Virus record (IMG/VR): IMGVR_UViG_3300028996_000031
Strand: one strand, 5' to 3'
DNA: 8,147 bases
Source of the DNA: a virus
Taxonomy: Duplodnaviria > Heunggongvirae > Uroviricota > Caudoviricetes
The stretch's first letter is position 1, and each line of letters starts with the position of its first letter. The position numbers and the translations under genes were made by a program. Shown here piece after piece: positions 1-6,458 of the stretch. Under the pieces are notes generated by a model. It saw only the letters and a program-made list of their open reading frames with translations. It ran no database searches and was not told the DNA's origin.

Positions 1-419
1 GTAAAGCACCATATTGGGCCAGTCGCTCCCGTGCTGTTCGACCGTCAGACTGGGAGAAATGGACAGAGGTAACGGAAGTTGTACCAGTCGTTTGCGATGT
101 ATGTAAAGGGAAGGGAGTGATAAGTGCCAGGTGTCGTTGTGGTGGAAAGGGAGAGGTACTGGACCGCAAAGCCACAAGCGAGCGTGGTGTGCCAGTATTT
201 AAAATCTGCGAACGTTGCAGCGGAAATGGATTTTCCACGGTACCGTCTACCACAGTATATAAAGTTGTACTGAAGCGGATACCCGAGCTACATGTCAGGA
301 CATGGACGCGTAATTGGAAGCCGTTTCTTGATTCTCTGGTTGACATTTGCCACCAGGAAGAGCGTAAGGCCGATATTGCTTTTCAGAATGTGACAAGTTT
401 TGGTGATGATGTGAACTAA
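1..419 (+). CDS. Late-gene antiterminator Q-like protein, 5'-truncated by window edge (C-terminal ~139 aa present)
   Basis: Open frame from position 3 to TAA at 417-419. Contains three Cys-pair motifs (CDVCKGKG, CRCGGKG, CERCSGNG) consistent with a zinc-binding domain. Lies immediately upstream of a terminator hairpin and the lysis cassette, the canonical Q position in lambdoid phages. Family assignment is positional plus motif-based, not verified by alignment. Confidence 0.55.
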   Translation, partial: KAPYWASRSRAVRPSDWEKWTEVTEVVPVVCDVCKGKGVISARCRCGGKGEVLDRKATSERGVPVFKICERCSGNGFSTVPSTTVYKVVLKRIPELHVRTWTRNWKPFLDSLVDICHQEERKADIAFQNVTSFGDDVN

Positions 420-512
420 GCTTAGGGTTTTTGCGACATTGCACTTGATTTTGTCCGAATCTGTCATGTATGCTTTTAAACATGCGGAATAATGCGTAAA
501 TGATTTTGATAG
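420..512 (+). promoter_or_regulatory. Putative late promoter (pR'-like) and Q-utilisation region
   Basis: 93-bp AT-rich spacer between Q stop and a terminator hairpin. Contains weak sigma70-like hexamers (e.g. AATAAT at 488-493) but I could not pin a convincing -35/-10 pair. Call is mainly positional. Confidence 0.3.
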
Positions 513-536
513 AAGCCCCTTTCGGGGCTTTTATCA
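513..536 (+). terminator. Intrinsic terminator, tR'-like
   Basis: Hairpin with GCCCC (515-519) / GGGGC (524-528) stem, TTTC loop, extended by A-T pairs 513-514/529-530, followed by TTTTATCATTT. Located about 95 bp downstream of the Q-like stop. Confidence 0.6.
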
Positions 537-601
537 TTTCAGCCCTTTTAAAAAGCGTTCGAAATTATGGAATTCAAGTTCATCCGCTGTCGATGAGTAT
601 T

Positions 602-1459
602 TTATTTTGTTTGCGATGGGACGNNNNNNNNNNNNNNNNNNNNNNNNNNNTTACTGGCTTCATGTTTCAGTTTTTTTAATCGCTTGATTCGTTCTTCGAT
701 TGAACTGGCAATTTTGGCAACATTAGAAATTTCTGGGCTTGGGGCTGTTTGTAGATCAATACACTGAATTTTTTTTAGATCTTCTTTGAGCGCAACAAAA
801 AAATCACGAAGATTGTTTTCTGGTAAAAGAACATGACTAAATGATACTTTTCCTATGTAGAATTCACTTATTGCCTCTCCAGACTCGCGCATGTGTTCAT
901 TCATTGCGAACAGAATTGTTTTGGTATTCTTATCAGTTTCCACTTCAGAAAGGGTTACAAGGCCTGTCTGGCTCTTGGTCAAAAAACGAATTTCTGTAGC
1001 ACCAAGTCTTCCGGAGTAATTGGAATTTTTACTATTTTCGATGGTAGAAGATAGATAATCTATTGTGGGTTTGATATTTCGTATCGTTTCAATATTTTTT
1101 TTCCACGCTTCACATTTACTTTTTGCGGTGCTAATAATTTCCCGATTGGTTTCGAGTTGCATAAATTTATTGAAACTAAGAACGTTTTCACCAAATTCCA
1201 CACCAAATTCGTTTTTACCACATTTATTTCCGATGTTGGTTTCAATGCCACTAGATGTTTTTACAATATAACCCATTTGATGTGGTTGGTTGCAACCAGT
1301 TAGACCACAGTGGATTTCTTCTTTAAATTTGTAGTAACCAATTATCTCCTCAAGTTGTTGAACTCCTTTGTCTATAGTGGTGACAAAGTTTGGTCTGGAT
1401 ATAATTTCCTCCCAGTTTTCAAGTTTCTCGATGCCGTTTTCAGTTCTGAGAAAAATCAT
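602..1459 (-). CDS. Orphan hypothetical protein (~285 aa), AT-rich, antisense to the late operon; C-terminus crosses an N-run
   Basis: Long minus-strand ORF. ATG at 1459 is preceded by GGAG with 6-nt spacing (the ATG at 1471 lies inside that SD, so 1459 is preferred). Codon usage is strongly A/T-biased relative to flanking phage genes. No P-loop, no hydrophobic segments and no family I recognise. The 3' end (stop at 602-604) is read across the 27-N run at 624-650 and is uncertain. Confidence 0.7.
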   Translation of the reverse strand: MIFLRTENGIEKLENWEEIISRPNFVTTIDKGVQQLEEIIGYYKFKEEIHCGLTGCNQPHQMGYIVKTSSGIETNIGNKCGKNEFGVEFGENVLSFNKFMQLETNREIISTAKSKCEAWKKNIETIRNIKPTIDYLSSTIENSKNSNYSGRLGATEIRFLTKSQTGLVTLSEVETDKNTKTILFAMNEHMRESGEAISEFYIGKVSFSHVLLPENNLRDFFVALKEDLKKIQCIDLQTAPSPEISNVAKIASSIEERIKRLKKLKHEASXXXXXXXXXXVPSQTK

Positions 1460-1682
1460 GAATCGCTCCATTTGAAAGTGGACCGTTTATTTTATCGGCA
1501 TAAAAACGAGAACACCACAAGTTATTTTATTACCGAATACTTGGTGAAGAGGGGGAACTTCGCCACACAGCTTAAACCCGCCGCCGTGCGGTTTTTTTTG
1601 TGCCACTTATCTCGGATAGACATGGTGAATGCGCTGGTGGAGGAAGTAAGAGTGATTTTTAATCAGTTGATTTTTTGAGTGC

Positions 1683-1711
1683 TTGCAACATTGATTTCGT
1701 AACGTTATTAT
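1683..1711 (+). promoter_or_regulatory. Sigma70-type promoter for the tRNA array
   Basis: TTGCAA (1683-1688), 17-bp spacer, TATTAT (1706-1711), then a GC-rich discriminator CCTGCGCCC (1712-1720) as in stable-RNA promoters. The first tRNA begins at 1721. Confidence 0.5.
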
Positions 1712-1720
1712 CCTGCGCCC

Positions 1721-1796
1721 GGCCCTTTAGCTCAGTGGTGAGAGCGAGCGACTCATAATCGCCAGGTCGCTGGTTCAAATCCAGCAAGGGCCACCA
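1721..1796 (+). tRNA. tRNA-Ile2 (anticodon CAU, lysidine type) or tRNA-Met; 76 nt with encoded CCA
   Basis: Cloverleaf folded by hand: acceptor GGCCCTT/AAGGGCC, D-arm GCTC..GAGC, anticodon loop CTCATAA (CAT at 1754-1756), T-loop TTCAAAT, discriminator A plus CCA. C4-G69 and C5-G68 in the acceptor stem and overall resemblance to ileX-type tRNA favour Ile2. Confidence 0.85.
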
Positions 1797-1797
1797 G

Positions 1798-1874
1798 CCG
1801 CCACTAGCTCATCAGGAAAGAGCGTCAACCCTTTAAGTTGAGTGTGCGAGGTTCGAGTCCCCGGTGGCGGTCCA
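1798..1874 (+). tRNA. Atypical tRNA-like gene, anticodon TTT (Lys-like) with C instead of U at position 33; possibly a variant or pseudo-tRNA
   Basis: Cloverleaf: acceptor CCGCCAC/GTGGCGG (starts with C1-G72), D-stem GCTC/GAGC with GG in the loop, anticodon stem TCAAC/GTTGA (perfect), loop CCTTTAA (1830-1836), T-loop TTCGAGT with one A-C mismatch in the T-stem, discriminator T plus CCA. One substitution from a Lys(UUU) loop, two from an Arg(UCU) loop. Confidence 0.55.
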
Positions 1875-1876
1875 GT

Positions 1877-1952
<76 letters not shown>

Positions 1953-1955
1953 TAT

Positions 1956-2030
<75 letters not shown>

Positions 2031-2036
2031 GTTAGA

Positions 2037-2082
2037 GTCTTTCAGTCTGCGATGATGGGAAATCCCGGAGTGACTGAAAGAC
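2037..2082. repeat. Perfect 11-bp inverted repeat (GTCTTTCAGTC / GACTGAAAGAC) around a 24-nt spacer containing a GGGAAATCCC mini-palindrome
   Basis: Arms at 2037-2047 and 2072-2082 are exact reverse complements. Begins 7 nt after the last tRNA. Confidence 0.7.
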
Positions 2083-2090
2083 GTTTAAGT

Positions 2091-2161
2091 TATGAATGAT
2101 CGCCTTTTTTTGCAAAATTGCTGTGCAGAAATACTAACCTTCGAGCAGGCGATCATTCATA
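2091..2161. repeat. Perfect 14-bp inverted repeat (TATGAATGATCGCC / GGCGATCATTCATA) flanking a 43-nt spacer
   Basis: Arms at 2091-2104 and 2148-2161 are exact reverse complements. The left arm is followed by T7 (2105-2111). Confidence 0.7.
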
Positions 2162-2236
2162 AGCACTCTGCTTTTATTCCGATTAACTGTGGGTGGTTTG
2201 TTGGATAGAGTGCTTTCCTTTCTGTATATATCGTTT

Positions 2237-2262
2237 CGCCCGCGTTTGCGGGTTTTTCTTTT
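2237..2262 (+). terminator. Intrinsic terminator between the tRNA array and the holin gene
   Basis: CCCGC (2239-2243) / GCGGG (2248-2252) stem with GTTT loop, followed by TTTTTCTTTT (2253-2262). Lies 60 bp upstream of the S start. Confidence 0.6.
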
Positions 2263-2322
2263 CAAATCCCTTTCATTTCTCAGTGTAAAACTACGCCATC
2301 CGTTATTTGCGGAGGTGAGGCT

Positions 2323-2538
2323 ATGAAATCCATGGACAAAATTTCAACGGGCATTGCCTACGGCACCTCCGCAGGCAGTGCTGGCTACTGGTTTTTACAG
2401 TGGCTTGATCAGGTCAGTCCTTCACAGTGGGCTGCGATTGGTGTACTGGGGAGTCTGGTTCTGGGCTTCCTGACTTATCTGACAAATCTGTACTTCAAAA
2501 TCAGAGAAGACAAGCGTAAGGCTGCACGGGGAGAGTAA
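2323..2538 (+). CDS. S: Class II holin, phage 21 S-type pinholin (71 aa) with dual-start motif
   Basis: Strong SD GGAGGTGAGG (2311-2320). Protein starts MKSMDKIS, i.e. Met1-Lys2-Ser3-Met4 (Met codons at 2323 and 2332), matching the S21 antiholin/holin dual-start arrangement. Two hydrophobic segments, the first Gly/Ala/Ser-rich (SAR-like), and a charged C-tail. Sequence matches my recollection of S21/EssQ-family holins. Confidence 0.9.
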   Translation: MKSMDKISTGIAYGTSAGSAGYWFLQWLDQVSPSQWAAIGVLGSLVLGFLTYLTNLYFKIREDKRKAARGE

Positions 2539-2542
2539 TTCA

Positions 2543-2887
2543 ATGACTCAAAACTATGAACTGATTGTGAAAGGGATCCGCAATTTTGAGAATAAAGTTA
2601 CGGTAACTTTAGCGTTACGGGACAAAAAACGCTTTGACGGTGAAATTTTTGACCTGGACATCTCGCTGGACCGTGTTGAAGGTGCCGCGCTGGAGTTTTA
2701 TGAGGCAGCAGCCAGAATGAGAATCAGACAGGTATTCCTGGATGTTGCTGCCGGGTTATGTGTAGGGGATGAGCAGTCGCCGGAAAAGCGCCCCATAATT
2801 TTAGAGGCGCAGAATGTGTGGATAACCTACAAAGGAAAGCCACCAGGAAGAATTACTGATTCTCTGAAGACTCCACCGAAATGGTAA
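2543..2887 (+). CDS. Hypothetical protein (114 aa), positionally equivalent to YdfR (DUF1327-type) between holin and endolysin
   Basis: ATG at 2543 with SD GGGGAGAG 7 nt upstream, 4 nt after the holin stop (translationally coupled). Phage-like codon usage. Stop at 2885-2887 just before the 58-N run. Family name is from recalled Qin gene order (essQ-ydfR-rrrQ), not from alignment. Confidence 0.65.
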   Translation: MTQNYELIVKGIRNFENKVTVTLALRDKKRFDGEIFDLDISLDRVEGAALEFYEAAARMRIRQVFLDVAAGLCVGDEQSPEKRPIILEAQNVWITYKGKPPGRITDSLKTPPKW

Positions 2888-2960
2888 TTTTACCAGCATA
2901 TTNNNNNNNNNNNNNNNNNNNNNNNNNNNNNNNNNNNNNNNNNNNNNNNNNNNNNNNNNN

Positions 2961-3125
2961 GGGGTTGCGTGATTCAAGCAGGAGCGATGCCAGTGTTGGT
3001 TGCATTTGTTCTCTGGGAATTGATAAGGCCAAATATGAAAATGCAACAGTGAGGGCATTTACATCATCCCGAAGCTTTGAAATGCAGTCGAGCAACTCCT
3101 GTAGAGAAATGGTGTTATTGTCCAT
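2961..3125 (-). CDS. Small antisense ORF with strong RBS (at least 55 aa; 90 aa if the frame is continuous across the N-run to 2853)
   Basis: Minus-strand ATG at 3125 preceded by AAGAGGA with 6-nt spacing (reverse complement of 3126-3140). Protein begins MDNNTISLQELLDCISKLRDDVNALTVAFSYLALSIPREQ. The 3' portion is interrupted by the N-run at 2903-2960. Confidence 0.35.
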
Positions 3126-3240
3126 AAATAATCCTCTTGATTGTCTTTACCTTTTCCCCGCCTGATTCAACAGGCCGGGACAGATAAACATATCCAGGGT
3201 TCAGAAACCGATAAATCCTGATAAATATCCATCCATATCC

Positions 3241-4262
<1,022 letters not shown>

Positions 4263-4499
4263 ATGTAGATTAACATTAAATCGGATTATTTTTAGTGCTG
4301 AATGTGAAATTTAAATAAAAAGGACTCTTCCATGAGTCAAAATCCTTGAAATCTTAAGGGTAAGATAAAAGGTCATTAGACAGAATGACACGTTTTATTA
4401 ATAAATAAAGCTATTGTTTCATTCGTGTGTTTTTCTTTACAAAAGTAATCCTTGCTATGGTTGGTTAATCATGCGTTAANNNNNNNNNNTGTTCTGGTT

Positions 4500-4540
4500 T
4501 GTTACAAAATTATCTGAAGCAGTCATTGTTATAATTTTAT
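4500..4540 (+). promoter_or_regulatory. Putative csp promoter (extended -10 TGtTATAAT at 4527-4535) with AT-rich upstream region
   Basis: TG at 4527-4528 followed by TATAAT at 4530-4535; weak -35. Would give a ~95-nt 5'UTR, typical of cold-shock genes. A 10-N run at 4480-4489 lies just upstream. Confidence 0.4.
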
Positions 4541-4637
4541 TATTTGTACCTCTTGAGATTTCCTTGTTGGTTTTTCTCTCTGATATTTTTTTCGGACCAT
4601 TCTGCCCAAGGGCTAACTTCTTCAAAAGGTAATAATG

Positions 4638-4850
4638 ATGTCTAACAAAATGACTGGTTTAGTGAAATGGTTTAACCCTGAAAAAGGTTTTGGTTTCATC
4701 ACGCCGAAAGATGGTAGCAAAGATGTGTTTGTCCATTTCTCAGCTATTCAGAGCAACGATTTCAAAACGTTAACTGAGAATCAGCAAGTCGAATTTGGTA
4801 TTGAGAACGGACCTAAAGGCCCCGCGGCTGTTCATGTAGTGGCACTTTGA
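4638..4850 (+). CDS. cspI: Cold-shock protein, CspA family (70 aa), CspI-like
   Basis: [44 protein letters not shown]... contains the RNP1 (KGFGFI) and RNP2 (VFVHF) motifs of cold-shock domains. Matches my recollection of Qin-encoded CspI. Second of two tandem ATGs chosen on homology grounds. Confidence 0.9.
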   Translation: MSNKMTGLVKWFNPEKGFGFITPKDGSKDVFVHFSAIQSNDFKTLTENQQVEFGIENGPKGPAAVHVVAL

Positions 4851-5054
4851 GGTAGAAAATATTACAAACCATATTCACTTTAGATGCCCGTGTTGCCATG
4901 GTTCTCAGTATAGAACATCATCTTTTGATGTTTCTGACAGGAATCCTTTCGGGGCAAAATGTATCTTTTGTAAATCAATGATGATTACATTTGATAATAT
5001 TTCACAATACTTAAATGTTAGCCGTCTGTCGTTAGATTTAAGAAAGTGAAAATG

Positions 5055-5077
5055 AAGGCTCCTTCGGGAGCTTTTTT
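5055..5077 (+). terminator. Intrinsic terminator downstream of csp
   Basis: AAGGCTCC (5055-5062) / GGAGCTTT (5067-5074) stem with TTCG loop, followed by a T-run to 5077. Confidence 0.6.
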
Positions 5078-5121
5078 GCTTAGTGTCTAGTCGATGGATA
5101 CTCACATATTACGGTAACATC

Positions 5122-5352
5122 ATGAAAAAAATAATAGTTTTTTTTAACTCTGAACCAGCAATGGTAGTGCCAGTGATGACCGGAGTTAACACCATCATGC
5201 GTGAATATCCAAATGGCGAAACAACACATCTCACTGTAATGGCTGCAGGGTTTCCATCTCTGACCGGAGATCATAAAGTCATTTATGTAGCAGCGGATCG
5301 ACATGTAACTTCAGAAGAAATTCTGGAAGCAGCAATGAGACTCTTGAATTGA
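5122..5352 (+). CDS. Hypothetical small protein (76 aa) between csp and gns
   Basis: ATG at 5122 to stop at 5350-5352; protein-like composition (MKKIIVFFNSEPAMVVPVMTGVNTIMREYPNGETTHLTVMAAGFPSLTGDHKVIYVAADRHVTSEEILEAAMRLLN). No convincing SD, and the upstream GTG of the track ORF abuts the terminator. Occupies the position of ynfN in Qin / ymcE in the cspG-gnsA locus; family not verified. Confidence 0.4.
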   Translation: MKKIIVFFNSEPAMVVPVMTGVNTIMREYPNGETTHLTVMAAGFPSLTGDHKVIYVAADRHVTSEEILEAAMRLLN

Positions 5353-5446
5353 TTTCATTCTAATGCCTTGATAATAAAGGATAATCATCTTTATCTGTTT
5401 GTGCGAAATTTAGACTGTCGTATGTTGATTATTGCGATGTTTCATC

Positions 5447-5475
5447 TTATCTTTTATACGTTTGCTCCATATAAT
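5447..5475 (+). promoter_or_regulatory. Putative promoter for gns (perfect -10 TATAAT at 5470-5475)
   Basis: TATAAT at 5470-5475 in an AT-rich region about 50 bp upstream of the gns start codon. The -35 is weak (TTATCT). Confidence 0.35.
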
Positions 5476-5524
5476 TGACACTACTGTGTACCAGGAAAGT
5501 CATAACAGACTAAAAGAGGAAATG

Positions 5525-5703
5525 ATGAACATTGAAGNNNNNNNNNNAAAACAAAAACAGAAGCAGATATTTCTGAATATATAACAAAAAAAATTATTGA
5601 GCTTAAGAAAAAGACCGGGAAAGAAGTTACCAGTATCCAGTTTACTGCACGGGAAAAAATGACTGGTCTTGAAAGCTATGATATCAAGATTGATTTAATC
5701 TAG
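5525..5703 (+). CDS. gnsB: GnsA/GnsB-family protein, interrupted by a 10-N run
   Basis: SD AAAGAGGA upstream. Translation MNIE...[N-run]...KTKTEADISEYITKKIIELKKKTGKEVTSIQFTAREKMTGLESYDIKIDLI matches the Gns-family signature I recall (TGKEV..IRFTAREKMTGLESYD.KI). Reading frames on either side of the N-run differ by 1 nt, so the N-run length is not exact. Confidence 0.8.
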
Positions 5704-5765
5704 TATGTTTATAGTATTAGCATCAATTTCTTATCAGATGCTATTCAACAATACAATTTACCCAT

Positions 5766-5790
5766 AAACCTCGTTTTTACGGGGTTTTGT
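5766..5790 (+). terminator. Putative terminator after gns
   Basis: AAACCTCG (5766-5773) / CGGGGTTT (5780-5787) stem (8 bp, one G-U) with TTTTTA loop, followed by T-rich sequence. Confidence 0.45.
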
Positions 5791-5998
5791 TATATTTAAA
5801 CATTACCGAATAGATATAAATCTCGATAGTCGGTGGTATTGGTTGTGTGACAATACCTAGTCTTTCCGGTATGCCTGGAGAGAATACAAACGACAGATTA
5901 TGTAAGGGAAACGCGCTGAAACTTTCACACTTTCATGCTGAGTGATTTGACGTTATATTTTTAGCCGCAAGTGAAGAGCAAACGCATGGAGCGACAAA

Positions 5999-6205
5999 AT
6001 GCATAAAGATCCATACACTGATGACTCATCCTTGGATCAGGTCCGTGTAAAAACTATGCTCACTAGCACCATTTCTATGAGTTATCCGGATGTTGTAATT
6101 GCATGTATAGAACATCAAGTGTCTCTGGAAGCATTCAGGGCAATTGAGGCAGCGTTGGTGAAGCACGATAAGAATTCGAAGGATTATTCCCTGGTGGTTG
6201 ACTGA
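5999..6205 (+). CDS. Hypothetical protein (68 aa)
   Basis: ATG at 5999 with GGAG 7 nt upstream. No family recognised ([68 protein letters not shown]). Confidence 0.45.
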   Translation: MHKDPYTDDSSLDQVRVKTMLTSTISMSYPDVVIACIEHQVSLEAFRAIEAALVKHDKNSKDYSLVVD

Positions 6206-6458
6206 TCGCCATAACTGCTAACCATTCAAACTATTTCACCTGTGACAGAGTCAATATCGCATTCTGTCACTGTCAGGCTAATACAGAACTACAATTCAAC
6301 TACTGCAATGCCTCGTAATTAGGTGAAGTTACAATATCGTCCTGTTCGGATGCCAACTGCATTTCTGAAGATAAGGCGTTTATGACTCACATATTTGTCC
6401 CACACGTTCGCCAGTCCTGTGCGGGGTGGGAGGGGAGGTAAAGAAACCGGGATATTCA

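Noticed and set aside
513-536. Alternative reading of the 513-536 hairpin as the terminator of the minus-strand orphan gene
   Set aside because: The stem is symmetric, but the U-tract is only on the plus-strand side, so it is annotated as a plus-strand (tR'-like) terminator. A weak bidirectional role cannot be excluded.
295-537. 80-aa minus-strand track ORF
   Set aside because: Antisense to the 3' end of the Q-like gene and running through the terminator hairpin; no RBS, low-complexity product. Treated as a chance ORF.
1060-1271. Two short track ORFs (63 aa minus, 68 aa plus) inside the orphan gene
   Set aside because: Fully nested within the longer, RBS-supported minus-strand ORF in other frames; their low-complexity hydrophobic products are typical of AT-rich out-of-frame translation.
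1310-1678. 122-aa plus-strand track ORF
   Set aside because: Antisense to the N-terminus of the orphan gene and extending through its promoter region; F/L/K-rich product expected from AT-rich DNA, no RBS.
2031-2322. Shiga toxin (stxAB) or another toxin operon downstream of the tRNA array
   Set aside because: In Stx phages stx follows the tRNA genes, so I checked for it. Here the spacer holds only inverted repeats and a terminator before the holin, with no ORF of suitable size.
2801-3165. Track ORFs 2801..3058 (-) and 2881..3165 (+) spanning the N-run
   Set aside because: Largely composed of X residues from the 58-N run with no start context. Only the minus-strand ORF with a strong RBS at 3125 was retained, as a low-confidence feature.
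5083-5121. GTG-initiated N-terminal extension of the 76-aa ORF
   Set aside because: The GTG lies immediately after the terminator hairpin with no RBS; ATG at 5122 preferred.
4905-5304. Minus-strand ORFs 4905..5105 and 5080..5304
   Set aside because: Overlap the csp terminator or lie antisense to the 76-aa plus-strand ORF; no RBS.
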